Below, one piece after another: positions 37,171-50,879 of a stretch of 64,000 nt of DNA. How positions within the stretch are numbered: position 1 is the first letter of the stretch; each line of letters opens with the position of its first letter. The notes under the pieces are model-generated. The model worked only from the letters and a program-made list of their open reading frames with translations, did no database searches and had not been told where the DNA came from. The stretch comes from Lytechinus pictus (Eukaryota), in contig NC_087252.1 of the NCBI RefSeq assembly GCF_037042905.1, positions 13,332,001 through 13,396,000 of the forward strand, read 5' to 3'. Position numbers and translations under genes: made by a program.

Positions 37171-37429
37171 TAATAAACTAACAAACAGAATAAGATACAA
37201 AAGAGACTTTTGTTAATCAAGGCAACGAATTCCTCTTGAATCATCAACCAATCAAATAAATATCTACAGTGCTACAGACTTTAATTGCTTTACTCACCTC
37301 CATCATACTATCACATACATAATTATACATCTTTAAAAAAAAAAAACATTATACCCTTATTACCTGGTACACACCAAATCCCCAGATAGGACTCATTACC
37401 AGATACAATTTATATGTTGAACAATTCAA

Positions 37430-37923
37430 GACCATGTTTCACAAGGAGTTGATTGATCCAATCAATCTCAACTATGTCAATCAATGTCAAAATTCTTCAA
37501 GTTATGAAAAGTAGACAAAGACCCTTTAGATATTAGGAGCACACTGAATTAGTAAGAGATTGAATTTGTAGTAGTATGCATCATGTTTAGACAACACTTC
37601 ACAGTATTAAAAAAATGCTGTTTAAAATTTTATACAAGCCTGTTTACTATAAGAACCCAACAGTTTAACAGTTAAAATAACCATTTATTGAGAATTAAAT
37701 ATAAAAAATCAAACTCTGTTGTTTAAGATTTTAAACACTTGTTTAAACTGTTCAAATAACTACTGTAAGGTTCATACAGTAAACAGAACTTTACAAAAAT
37801 TGAAACAACAGTTTTACTGTGTTTGAATGGATAAATGTTTTAAGTATTTTAGGGAGTCTGTTTTCCACATTTCAGGTAGGTCCATGGTTGGATCAATCAC
37901 AACGCTTTGTAAGACTGGGCCCA
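37430..37923. mobile_element. Degenerate copy of the 33824 MITE family, interrupted by a CACAG MITE
   Basis: GATTGATCCAATCAATC near the left end; TTGGATCAATCACAACGCTTTGTAAGACTGGGCCC at the right end. Confidence 0.65.
37600..37821. mobile_element. CACAG-terminal MITE, 2-bp TSD TT
   Basis: TT|CACAGTA ... TTTTACTGTG|TT. Confidence 0.8.
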
Positions 37924-38326
37924 AGTTCTTTCTTAAATCGAGTGACCATGGATTTGAAAGAATACATGGCGTAAGACATGCACAGTCATCAGACCCAAAT
38001 TCAAGCTCATACAGAAGATTTGATTACAGCGATGATGTCACCAATAAAAAGGGGAGGGGCAAACATCTGTTTCAATTCTAATGGGCGCAGGTGAAATGAT
38101 TTAACAGCATTCATGAATAAGGGGATAAATATACATGCTTCATAGCTTTGGAGACACATGTAAGGACAGGGGTTCTTACAATTTTCCTACTGAAAATGGT
38201 TTAAAAAGCACCTAAACTTGCATCATACCATTCCAAAATATGACAAGGTATTCATATAGTGTAACCCCCCCTAAAAATGAATGGATGGATGGAAACAAAT
38301 GAATGAATGAATTTAACTGAATAAAT

Positions 38327-38596
<270 letters not shown>

Positions 38597-38690
38597 GAAA
38601 AAATAAATAAATGCAAGAATAAAAAAAAACAAATAGCAAAATAAAGCACAAAAGAGAGGCTTGGAAACTACTTATTGATGTCAGTTTTAA

Positions 38691-39293
38691 AGGTCAAGTC
38701 CACCTCAGAAAAATGTTGATTTGAATCAATAGAGAAAAATCAGACAAGCACAATGCTGAAAATTTCATCAAAATCGGATGTAAAATAAGAAAGTTATGAC
38801 ATTTCAAAGTTTCGCTTATTTTTGACAAAATAGTTATATGAACGAGCCAGTTACATCCAAATGAGAGAGTCGATGATGTCACTCACTCACTATTTCTTTT
38901 GTTTTTTATTGTTTAAATTATACAATATTTTAATTTTTACGAATTTGATGATTAGGACCTCCTTGCCTGAAGCACAAACTGTTAAAATAATGGAATTCCA
39001 CGTGTTCCGGGAGGAATGAAACTTCATTTCACATGACAATGACGAGAAAATCAAAATATTTCATATTTCATATAATAAAATACAAAAGAAATAGTGAGTG
39101 AATGATGTCATCAGTTCCCTCATTTGCATACCGACCGAGATGTGCATATAACTGTTTTGTGAAATGAAGCGAAACTTTAAAATGTCATAACTTTCTTATT
39201 TTACACCCGATTTTGATGAAATTTTCAGTGTTATGCTCGTTGAATTTTTCTCTTTTTATTCAAATCAAGTTTTTGTTGGGGTGGACTTGTCCT
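38691..39293. mobile_element. TTAA-target (Kolobok-like) MITE, intact
   Basis: TTAA|AGGTCAAGTCCACC ... GGTGGACTTGTCCT|TTAA with long imperfect inverted arms. Confidence 0.92.
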
Positions 39294-39783
39294 TTAATAC
39301 TGTATAGAAAACATGATCCGGTCCATACAGAAAAGGTTTGAGGTTCGAGCCCTGGTCACATGAACGGGATGGTGACGCAAAAGATCAGCCCTGGACATAA
39401 ATAATCATATCGGACTGATATGCATTGTAAAAAAACTCAAAACACACATACACACCATATACAAAAGCCATACAGTATAATCACCTCAACTTCCAATTCA
39501 TAGCCGAGTCTGTTTGCATAGACTACTACCTTTCATCAAAATGACATCATCATCCAATAATGTCTAATTACTACAATTACACCATCGATATTAAATTGAA
39601 ACATACATGCTTGAGTATCGTGATGCTGATGAACGGCAGATTACACCAATTAAATCGCAAATATTAGATAGAAAACATGTTAGAGGCCGATACCAAGCTG
39701 CATGGCTCTCTAATTGAGAGTGTAAATTCAAGTGTCTGCGAATTATAATGAATTATAGTCCTACTTATTGGGTAGTTCGGTTC

Positions 39784-40256
39784 CCCGGGGGGGGGGGGGG
39801 GCACTCAAATTATATTTTGATGGGGGTGTGCCTTACAAACCCTAAAATAGGGGTCTAAGGAACTGACCACAAGGGTAAAACACGGCGTCTTGGGAACTAA
39901 ATATATACCAGGCAGTGTGAAAAACAAGGTCTACGGAATGAGAACGTGGTACAGTAGGTACTGTGCACGCTAGCGCTGTGCATGTGTGGGTGCTAGCTAG
40001 CGGTGCATGGACCTGCTAGCGGAGGGAGTTGTGAAGTCGTGCGTGCAGCTCTCGCATGCGGTGCTCGCGCTGCAGGGCTAGAGAACTGAGATGTTTCGTA
40101 ACGGGTGTATTGCGAGCGGGGCGGAACAGCTTCTGAATGGAACTTTTCTCATTTGGAGTATCCATAGATCTGAAAATTAGGTCTGAAAAAAGGGGGTCAT
40201 CGAAGCAGCATGTCCCCGTACCACCAATATATGTGAGTGCCCCCCCCCCCCCCGGG
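39784..40256. mobile_element. CCCGGG(G)n-CACTC MITE, 2-bp TSD TC
   Basis: TC|CCCGGGGG...GCACTCA ... TGAGTGCCCC...CCCGGG|TC; GC-rich interior with GGAAC repeats. Confidence 0.82.
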
Positions 40257-42019
40257 TCGGGGTACGATAGTAAGGGTTCAATAGTTGGATGTAATGAAGT
40301 AAAAAGAATAGGAGGAAGGAGAAACGAGAGAGATAAAGGGAACAGAGGGAAACGTTTGCGGATTAGAAGAGGGTAAAAACTATAAGCTAGAGTAGACCTT
40401 TTGCAGTAAGTCTCATAAAGACATTGCTTGACTTTTTTTTGGGGGGGGTTGGTAAATATTCCTTTACCCTTATCTATTTATTTATATTTACTTGAGGGAT
40501 GACAGGGAAAAGAGTTAATGATAAAGACATACATGTATAATCAGAAAGAGAAATAGATTTAATAGTGAGAAAACCTGAGAAAATATTAGACATCGAGGTG
40601 GGGAGAAAGAAAATAATTTATTTTCCCCCCCTGCAGATTGAAGCCAGAGCACTTTAAAGTACTCCCTCTATAGTCCATAAGAGTATAACCAATATATCAA
40701 ATGATACTCACTGACCTGTCAAATTAATGATCTTTACCAAACCAGACAGTCCAGGTGAGTAGCCCACAAAACATTGATATTGTACATAATTATGCAGCTC
40801 AAAATTTCTCTCACATAATTCAATCAAGATTATTGATAAAAATATTCACCTTTGATGCTATATGATTGTTTAGTCCTACATGAACATACTTAACTCTGAT
40901 CTAAACAGTTCTCTTTCAATTATAATTACTCAGCCACATTAATTCTCCTCTCATTATTTATCCACTTATCAATCTACCAATCTCTCAATCTGTCTATTAA
41001 TTGGTCTCTTCGCATATTGGTTCTCTAAAATCAAGATTAACACTAAAAAAATTATCCACATAATAAGATTTTATTTTTATACTTAAATACATGAATTCCA
41101 AGTGAGAGAAATATAATATTTTCAACAAATATCAGCCACAAAAATGGTTTAGCCCTCCTCTCTTTCTACTCACTGACTTTTATTGATTATATTTATACAT
41201 GTGAATTCCAAAATAAATCACGTCTTTTGAGAGCTACAATACTTACACTGCCTGTAATAATAACCTGGAATATAGTATTGTTAAAAGTGAATCCCCTAAG
41301 AAAATGGGAATTTAATTTATGTTCATTAAACTTTGTGTTTGTCATGGTCTGTAGAACAATACCATGTTACGTTTTCAGCGTATAGAAGTTTACAAGATGA
41401 CTGTCATATTTGGTTGTAATATGTATTCGTATATCTGTACATGGATATAAGCTGCTTTTTCGTATACATTGCGTTGTCATGTTTTATTTTTGTTGTTGAT
41501 TATTATTGTTAAAATCACTGATATATTTTTGTCTATGTTTTTTTATTATATTGATTCAATAAAACACATTTTAAAAAAAATTAAAAAAAACTGTTTTAAT
41601 TTTATAGCAATTTATCCCCATCTTTCCCATTCACACAGAGCAGTCTATTTCACAATTCTGTCTGCTGCCATCTATTGACAACTGTCATCACAGTTCCAAA
41701 TTTCCAATTAAAAAAATGTTGCAGGGACAAAGAAACTTGTTATCGCATTTAAAAAATGTACCTGTATACATTACCCTAAATATTGTAATTAGAATGCATA
41801 CAAAAATCAGAGTAAGATCATATATAAGACTTCTTACTTAATACTTACTTACCTTACTTACTCACTTCTACTTACTTTATCACTTACTTACTAATTTTTT
41901 ATCACTTTCTATTTCTTTTACTTTATTATTTATTTTAGTTCAATTTAGTTTAATTAATATGTGTTCTGTTATTTTGTGTAGTTCTATCTCTATGGTTTTG
42001 TACATTATAAGTTCTCATT

Positions 42020-42120
42020 TGTATGAAATATTTATGTAACAGGGCTCTTTTGAAAAGCAGGCCTCTTGGCTCTGAAAGGATTACCCTGTTTTTTAAATAA
42101 GACTGAATAAATAAATATAT
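42020..42120 (+). mobile_element. Probable LINE 3' end
   Basis: ACAGGG...CCCTGT stem followed by an AATAAATAAATA tail after a T-rich region. Confidence 0.4.
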
Positions 42121-42499
42121 TACATTTATTCATTTATTTATTTACTATTTTATTATTATTTTCGATTTGGCAGGGATTGCCCTATCCCCATAGTACTTTT
42201 TCTACTGGATTACTGGGCACTTGTATTCAACCGAAAGCATCATAGCATTCTGACATAAACCCTCTATGACCGATGAGATAATTGATGCGTATATCATCAC
42301 TGTTATAACGATTACAAGCCTCATCACAGCTCCACATCACTTCTAATAACCCCCAATCATTCAAAATGGGAGCCTGATATACAGGGGGAATGAGTTTACC
42401 TGTCGGTGGTGGTAACGGTGGTATCAGTGATGGTGAAGATGATGATGGTTGTTCTGGTAAAGTGTTGTTAAAGTTGGTAGGTAGTGGGGTTCATTCTAG

Positions 42500-42990
42500 T
42501 TGTTGATGATGACGACGACGACGATGATGAAGATGATGTTAATGATAATGATGGTAGTGATGATGTTGATGATGTTGATAATGATGATGATGATAATGAT
42601 GATGATGATGATAATGATGATGATTTTGATGGTGATGATGGGGGTAGTGTACTGGTGGTGATAATGACGATGATGATGACGATAGTGATGACGATGATGA
42701 TTATGGTGGCAATGTAGATAATGGTGGTGTGGTGATGATGATAATAATCATCATCATCGTCATAATAGACATGATGATGGTGATAATGATGTTGACAATT
42801 GACAGTGATGATGGTGATGTTAATGGTGATGATGACAATAATGGCACTGGTGATGGTTGTGATGATGATAATAGTAGAGACTGATGATGATGCTGGTAAT
42901 GTTGTTGACGATGATAGGATGATGAAGAAAAAAAAGATGACAGTCAGGATGATGACAATAGATGATAACGACAATGATGATAAGGGTGAT
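42500..42990. repeat. Degenerate (GAT)n tract
   Basis: Visible trinucleotide reiteration. Confidence 0.92.
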
Positions 42991-43063
42991 CATTAATTTC
43001 ATCAAGTCAATGATGGAGTTACAATTTGTACATTAGGAAAAATTCCTAAGTAGGCTCACTACT

Positions 43064-43266
43064 ACGTTGCCTTCCCGCAAGAAGGGACTTCCAGGTATTT
43101 TCTCACACTTATTTTTTATTATGCCCTTTTTAATTTGCTGATATTTTGAGTTTTACTTGAAATTTTTGCATCAATGAATAGCCTACGCTGTACTCTTTCA
43201 CTATTTCATATAAAAAGATAATCATAAAAATTACCCTAAGTCCCTTCTTGCGGGAAGCTGACAACT
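43064..43266. mobile_element. Short MITE
   Basis: Perfect 20-bp inverted pair CTTCCCGCAAGAAGGGACTT (43071-43090) / AAGTCCCTTCTTGCGGGAAG (43238-43257). Confidence 0.8.
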
Positions 43267-43963
43267 AGTTTTATGGAGAACGATCCTTTGCCCATGCTGC
43301 CCATTTACTTTGGAACACCACCAAATCATATGTAAAGAACTCGTCTACACCCAAGTTTAAATCCACTTTGAAAAACATACTTATTTAAAAGACTTTTAAA
43401 CGAGTTAGTGCCACGATTGCCAGCAAATTTTTCATTTTTCTTTGCCTTTTCTGTCTCCTTCAAAAGCGCAAAGGGACACATTTGGCAGTGATATGCGCTA
43501 TATGCATGTTGATATTATCATATTATTAATCCTCAACTCAATTTTCAGTAGGCCTAAACCAATACATCTTCTCCCATTCCCCAATCGACTTTTCCAATCT
43601 CAGTGGGATTCATTCTGACATGATAATTGAGACCATGTGCTTTAGTGGTTATCTTGATGATCATCCATGTTTTATGATAATTGGTAGAACTACAAGTTCA
43701 GGATGACCATTCCATAACCTTTCTCAGGTGGCAGATCGTTTGGAAAATATGGATTCATAGCAGTGAAGATGATCATTTAAAGGGCTGTAGATATCTATGG
43801 CCTAAACACTCAAAGAGTTGTATCAGCCATGCAGATATTGGATTGAGTAAAAAAAAACTTAAAAGGGGGCTTGGGGCGATTTTAGCCCAATAAAATTATC
43901 TGAGCATTGGAAATTAAGAGCCCCGGAAAATCCCCATTCATTGCAATTTCAGCTTATATACTG

Positions 43964-44419
43964 CCCGGGGGGGGGGGGGGCACTCAGTATATATTGAGTG
44001 GTACGTGCCGCAGAGAGGACCCCCATATTTACACTCAAATTTCCGTTCCAACGCATAGTATTTTTTATCTTATTGAGAAAAAGAAGAAAGAAATCCATTC
44101 CAAAGCTTTGCTACGCCATTCCGACCGCATCGATCCGCTACAGTGAGCTGCATTTTTTGTGAAAAGTGGCCCGCAGAGCGCTGTCTGACCATCACCTCTG
44201 CGCGAGCGCACCCGGCGTCCGTGCCGCCGCGCTAGCTGCATGCATGTATGCCCATTCCATAGGGATGCATACGCACTCACACGACCCGTTCCAAGGACCC
44301 CCGTTTTCACAAACATTTGTAGTTCAAAAGCCCGTTCCAAAGCCCTCGTTTTTTTACACGTCCGTGGCACATACCTACCACTTTTGTGGTCGAGTGACCC
44401 CCCCCCCCCCTCCCCCGGA
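43964..44419. mobile_element. CCCGGG(G)n-CACTC MITE
   Basis: CCCGGGGG..GCACTCAG ... CGAGTGACCCCC..CCCGG; related to 39784-40256, with degenerate relatives near 12800-13100 and 45860-46220. Confidence 0.8.
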
Positions 44420-44967
44420 TATAATGTAGCAACTTTGGGCAGTAGGTAGCGAAAGTAGCCCCCAAAAAGAAAGATTTTTTTTTGCCTGATTGGATTCCAC
44501 CGGTATTGACTTCACATGATTCAAACACACTCACCTCTCCCTGGGTACTTTTTCCCCCAGCCAGTTACCCAGATAGGTTAAAGCTTTCACAGATAATTAT
44601 CAGTATTACTATGATTTATTCCTTGCATTCAACCAGTCTTGACTATATTTTGATACAATTCATGCACAATCTCCACTCCCTGGGGAGTATTCCAGTCAGT
44701 CACATAGAGAGGTGAAAGCATTCAGATTTTATCAATACCCTGGTTGTGACATTCAGCCAGGTGACCACATAGATTCATACATGATCTCCACTCCCTGGGG
44801 AGTATTCAAGTTAATGGCATGTATGGCTCTCACAATGTTGGGCAAATACAGACTTTTTGTAGCCTACATATACATACATGTACATACAAGATTTTATCTT
44901 TTATCTCTTTTTAAATAGTAAAGAATGAAAATTGTATTTCATTACATTTACAACTGTATTTAATACT

Positions 44968-45762
44968 ATACAAGTGGAATGCCTCTGGCCGTCTCACCTG
45001 CATCACGTGATTCAATATAGCAGCAGTGCTGATTTTGAAAACTACTATAACTCGCACAAGATGTTCAGTGATACTTGGTTACTCTTATTTCCACGTTTTA
45101 TGAACTAGACCAATACACTTATAGAGATATGATGGCAATTCAACAAATACCCCAAACGTGGCCAAAGTTCTTTGACCTTACATGACCTTTGACCTTGATC
45201 ATGTGACCTGAAACTTGCACAGGATGTTCAGTGATACTTGATTACTATTATGTCCAAGTGTCATGAATCAGATCCATAAACATTCAAAGTTATGATGGTA
45301 ATTCAACAGATACCCCCAATTCGGCCAAAGTTCATTGACCCTAAATGACCTTTGACCTTGGTCATGTGACGTGAAACTCATGCAGGATGTTCAGTGATAC
45401 TTGATTAACCTTATGTATAAGTTTCATGAACTAGGTCCATATATTTTCTAAGTTATGATGACATTTCAAAAAACTTAACCTTAGGTTAAGATTTTGATGT
45501 TGATTCCCCCAACATGGTCTAAGTTCATTGACCCTAAATGACCTTTGACCTTGGTCATGTGACATGAAACTCAGGCAGGATGTTCAGTAATATTTGATTA
45601 ACCTTATGGCCAAGTTTCATGAACTAGGTCCATATACTTTCTAAGTTATGCTGTCATTTCAAAAACTTAACCTCAGGTTAAGATTTGGTGTTGACGCCGC
45701 CGCCGTCGCCGTCGGAAAAGCGGCGCCTATAGTCTCACTCTGCTATGCAGGTGAGACAAAAA
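44968..45762. mobile_element. Helentron/HINE-like non-autonomous element with internal tandem repeats
   Basis: Subterminal IR GTCTCACCTGCAT (44991) / ATGCAGGTGAGAC (45745-45757); 3' hairpin GTCTCAC..GTGAGAC; GCC microsatellite; A-run end; units with periods 163/163/193. Confidence 0.8.
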
Positions 45763-46692
45763 CCAAGCAGTGAGCAAACTTCAGATATTTCAGATATTTT
45801 GTTGTCTCTTGCTTTTTAGCAGGGGTGGTTCCAAAAAGAGCCCCCCCCCCCCTCCAAAAGAAGGCACATGTCCCATGCCCATGATACCTACGTGCCACAC
45901 CAAAGTCGAAAATAGGGGGCTCTGGAACTAAATCTTGGTCCGCAGTGGGGGTCTCCGGAACGGCTCTTCGATCAATGATTGCTAAAAATGGAATGCTCTT
46001 TTAGAACTGACCATGTCAAAAATAGGGATCTCCAGAATGTAGCATTGTAGCGGCTGGTGCTAAAGAGGCACTGTAAAAGCTAAAAATCATGGGGAAAAAT
46101 AGGAATTTCTATGGCTTTCCAAATTGGCGACGCTCTGGAACGGAAATTTAGGCTGAAAAGGGGGTCTCGACCGCAGCACATACGTATCATACATCTATAC
46201 TAAGTAACCCCCCCCCCCATGATAACCCTGTGATGTTAAAATACAGTATGGTATCCCTAAAATATGCTGGCTACTCCTACATGTTATAAAATACACTGCG
46301 GATGTCAAACAATTATATCTGCTGATACTCCGTTCATCTTTCACTCAGACACTAGAGCAGTGATTGTACATGTAAGTTGGGGTTCATACTTGCGTATAGT
46401 AGGGAAAGTATTGCTCAGTCCATTTGGTGACTATTTTGAAATGTCTTTTTATCAAATCCATATAAACATAGGGTTTCATTTTGAAAATGCAACAGTCTTC
46501 CCCAACATATTAATCCATTTATGCCTCAACGTATAGACCTGAATAGATTTTTTTTAATATAATGGTTAAAGAAACCCATTAAACCCCCATTCTACCAAAA
46601 TGGCACCTTATTAATAGAAAATGGGTATTAGCTTACCAACCCCCCCCCCCCCCTTCTTCCAAGCTATCTCCTTCAGGAACAAGGAAACTTAA

Positions 46693-47222
46693 AGGGATAC
46701 TCCAGGCTGAAGATAATTATATAAAAAAATTCACAGAGCAAAATGCTGAAAATTTCATCAAAATCGGATAACAAATAACGAAGTTTATGAATTTATAGGT
46801 AGGCTGATGATGTCACATTCCCACTTTCCTTTTTCTAATGTTATTACATGAAATCATAATTGTTTCATTTTTTCATACATGTGTGAATGATGTGTCTCCA
46901 TTATGATGAAAAAAGTTGCAGCAAGAAATATCTAATGCAGATTAAATCAGTTGTCAATCCAATTGTTATAGTTCTTGGTAGAAAAATTTTGAATAAACCT
47001 AATTTCATATAAAAAAATACAAAAGAACAAGTGGGGATATGACATCATCAGCCCACCTATGAATATTCATGAAGACATGCCAAGAACTGTTTCACCGGAA
47101 TAATGCAAATCTTTAAAATTCAATAACTTTGTTATCCGATTTCTATCAAATTTTCAACATTTTGCTCTGTGAATTTTACTCTATTCATTGAGATACAAAT
47201 ATCTTCTGCATGGAGCATCCCT
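46693..47222. mobile_element. TTAA-target (Kolobok-like) MITE
   Basis: TTAA|AGGGATACTCCA ... TGGAGCATCCCT|TTAA. Confidence 0.88.
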
Positions 47223-47528
47223 TTAACTTGACCTATATGAATGAAAGTAGAGTTCTCCCTTTAAACAGAACAAACCTTTGTTGGACCATGTAGGGTCCAT
47301 GGTTGGACAATACAAATCTGTATTCTGCTGGGCATCACTGTGAGAAGGTACTCAAAAGATCATCTGTGCAAACACACCATATACCACCATGTCAATCTAA
47401 ATAAATACATGTAAACTGAGAGTGACATAAGAGACAGGTTGGCAATAATAAACAAGATGATATTATACCCTACCAGAGCACTACAATCTACACAAGTCCC
47501 AGCTTTTGGGGGGAAATCAGAACTTCAG

Positions 47529-47685
47529 GGGCCCCGTTGCATAAAACTTTTTACCTGAGAAAACTCAGGTTGTTTTTTACCAGAGTTTTTGCCCTGTGTT
47601 AAAGTCAATGGCAGAAATTAGACTAACCTTAGTTTTCAGTTTTCACCAGAGTTTTCTCAGGTAAAAAGTTGTATGCAACAGGCCC
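47529..47685. mobile_element. PIF/Harbinger-like MITE, CAG TSD
   Basis: CAG|GGGCCCCGTTGCATAAAACTTTTTACCTGAGAAAACTC ... GAGTTTTCTCAGGTAAAAAGTTGTATGCAACAGGCCC|CAG. Confidence 0.88.
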
Positions 47686-49557
47686 CAGAAGTAGCCTAAT
47701 TGTTACCAAACTTTCTGATGGCCATTTTGATATACAGTGTAAGTGTTTGACTCTTGAATGCAAGAACACATTCACATAGCATGACCAATGAAACATTTTT
47801 TTTAAATATTTTTTTTAGAGTAACAGTACCAATTTTTGTTTTAAAAAATACAATATTCTCTTTTGAAAATAAACAGATGTTACTGTTAAGAGAACATAAA
47901 CGTACAAAGTGTGAGATAATATTTAATGGATACAGCCCTTTTTTTATCACTGCGCTCCTGCTCGCTTCTCTCAGCATATTTTCCCCCTCATATCATGAAT
48001 TGTGAAGGCATGTACTGGCAAATACGGTGCTTCATTAAGGGTTTAGATCAAGCAAGACTAGATGGTGTGTATTTTTAGTACAATAAAAAGACTATACAAA
48101 AAAACCCAGATCAATTCATGGCACATTTCAACCTCATATGAGTTCATGACCTTATTGAGGTCAATGACCTACATGTAGATCATAAACAATCTCAGGCAAA
48201 ACATACTAGTCTTGTGCTCAGGCATATATTCTTTTCCAGGTTTACAGAAGCATTTCAATAATATCAAATTACGTTATTGCAAAATCATATAGATGTTCGA
48301 GCTCGTATTGGGTTGGAAAATATAACTTAGAATCAAGAGTTTGATACAGAGGCTTTTTCTCCCAAGCTCAAGAGATACATGTACAATCATGATGATAATG
48401 GGAAAACATCTCTGATCAGTGTTGAGTGTGAAACAATTTAGATGGACCTATATAGCCTAGGAGATGGAGAAAACAATTTGATTTGGTTGTTAAAAGGCAT
48501 ACGGAGAGAATTCTTCATAAAACATTCTCTTTGAATCTGCATGGTCAGTTTCAGAATAAAATGCATATCAAAAAGCTTCTATCAAATTAAGTATAATAAA
48601 GTTCACATTTTTACCCTCAACCCACAGTTTAGAGGGCTTCAAGGTAAAAAGGACAATGAATTCAAAGTATTAAAGCACATCTCATATAAAGAGATCCATC
48701 CAAAGGAAAAAAATACTGCTTTTTGATCAGTATTTTCCCCCTTGAAATAGGCTACACCTTTAAAAGATTCCAAACTTGCCTTATCCAATAAATCAATCTC
48801 ACAATTTTAATCAACAATATTGGAAAAGTCTGACACTGTTTAATAGTAATGCAGTTATTCCTATAATTGGGTTAGCCTTCATCTTATTATCCTCATATAA
48901 AAGGCAAACTATGAATAACTGCCTGAAGAAAGTTTTTGACACAGGGACTTAAAAACATTATAGCCTATATAAAGTACATTAGGTGAAAAAAATAATGTAA
49001 ATATATAGAGAAGTTTTGTTTTAATCAAGTTTTTTTTCATACTTATCATAAATAATAGCTGGCCCCTGAATTTTACCGAACTCACTATATCACATGCTTA
49101 TGTATGATTTAATTATCTGCCTTTTCTGTATTATTTACAATGTATCTCTTCAATTGTCACATTTAAATTGTATTCATTTATATGTTTGGTATTATGTGAA
49201 CTTGTTAATTTATCACTGATTTATGAATAAAATGCAGAAACTCCTGCAAAAAAATATAACAAATTGAGATACAGAGGATTTGTTTAATTAATTTGTAAAA
49301 AGGTTTGTGTATTGATGCCTTGAATGTCTATATTTCAAGGCAAAAAGGGACTTTTCATTTTAGGGCACATTTGATTCTCTATCATGTGAAAATTTTAAAA
49401 TGGTCACGAACAAAATATCCAAGCCCAATGAGACCATTAAATAGGGCATCAACCATCCATGACTAGTCTATAATCTATTTCTCTCTTTTTCCATTAATAG
49501 TTGGTCACACAAAAATATGCTCATAATGATATATATTTTTAGCAAATTGCTTAACCA

Positions 49558-50869
49558 AACAAGACAAACGCCAAGCGTTGTCTCGCCTGCATATTGCAGT
49601 CATGAAGAGACTGCATGTCAAAACTACATGTATGCTATATGACTTAGATGGACCTCTGTTACGAGTTTGGCGATCCCACCTCGAAGCTATAGAAAGTTAT
49701 TGTGTGTACAACACAGCACAGTGCCAGTCATGGAAAGTTCATTGACCTTTGACCTTAATCAAATTCAACTCACATTTGAACTTGACCTGCACCTTCAAAA
49801 GATGGACCTCTTGTATGAATTTGGCAATCCTAACTCGAAGCTATAGAAAGTTATTGTGTGTACAACACAGCACAGTGCCAGTCATGAAAAGTTCATTGAC
49901 CTTTGACCTTAATCAAATTCAACTCACATTTGAACTTGACCTGCACCTTCAAAAGATGGACCTCTTGTATGAATTTGGCAATCCTAACTCGAAGCTATAG
50001 AAAGTTATTGTGTGTACAACACAGCACAGTGCCAGTCATGAAAAGTTCATTGACCTTTGACCTTAATCAAATTCAACTCACATTTGAACTTGACCTGCAC
50101 CTTCAAAAGATGGACCTCTTGTATGAATTTGGCAATCCTAACTCGAAGCTATAGAAAGTTATTGTGTGTACAACACAGCACAGTGCCAGTCATGGAAAGT
50201 TCATTGACCTTTGACCTTATTCAAAATCGACTCATATTCCAACTTCACCTGTACCTTCAAGAGATGGACGTCTGTTATGAATTTGGCGATCTCACCTTGA
50301 AGCTATAGAAAGTTATTGTGTGTACAACACAGCACAGTGCCAGTCATGGAAAGTTCATTGACCTTTGACCTTATTCAAATTCGACTCATATTCGAACTTG
50401 ACCTGTGCCTTCAGGAGATGGACCTCTGATATGAATTTGGTGATCCCACCTCGAAGATATAGAAAGTTATTATATGTACAACACAGCACAGTGCCAGTCA
50501 TGGAAAGTTCATTGACCTTTGACCTTATTCAAATTCGACTCATATTCGAACTTGACCTGTGCCTTCAGGAGATGGACCTCTGGTATGAATTTGGTGATCC
50601 CACCTCGAAGATATAGAAAGTTATTATGTGTACAACACAGCACAGTGCCAGTCATGGAAAGTTCATTGACCTTTGACCTTATTCAAATTCGACTCATATT
50701 CGAACTTGACCTGTGCCTTCAGGAGATGGACCTCTGGTATGAATTTGGTGATCCCACCTCAAAGCTATAGAAAGTTATTGGGTGTACAACACAATTGTTG
50801 ATGACGACGACGCCGACACCGGAAATAGTGATACCTATGTCTCTCTCCGCTACGCAGGCGAGACAAAAA
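49558..50869. mobile_element. Helentron/HINE-like element carrying a 154-bp satellite array
   Basis: AACAAG start; subterminal IR GTCTCGCCTGC (49580-49590) / GCAGGCGAGAC (50854-50864); GAC microsatellite; 3' hairpin; A-run end. Confidence 0.82.
49648..50792. repeat. Tandem array, exact 154-bp period, ~7.4 copies
   Basis: Unit starts at 49681, 49835, 49989, 50143, 50297, 50451, 50605 and 50759; each full unit contains TGACCTTTGACCT. Confidence 0.97.
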
Positions 50870-50879
50870 CAATAAATAA

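Noticed and set aside
36678..37247. 189-aa, 135-aa and 114-aa ORFs (poly-I/D/M)
   Set aside because: Translations of a (GAT)n tract; the same applies to 42468-43005 and 62391-62720.
39335..39400. GGTTCGAGCCC B-box-like motif
   Set aside because: No convincing A box, cloverleaf or SINE body follows.
49648..50792. CRISPR-like array or repeated 83-aa ORFs
   Set aside because: Whole 154-bp units repeat with no unique spacers and no cas genes; the ORFs are a by-product of the periodicity.
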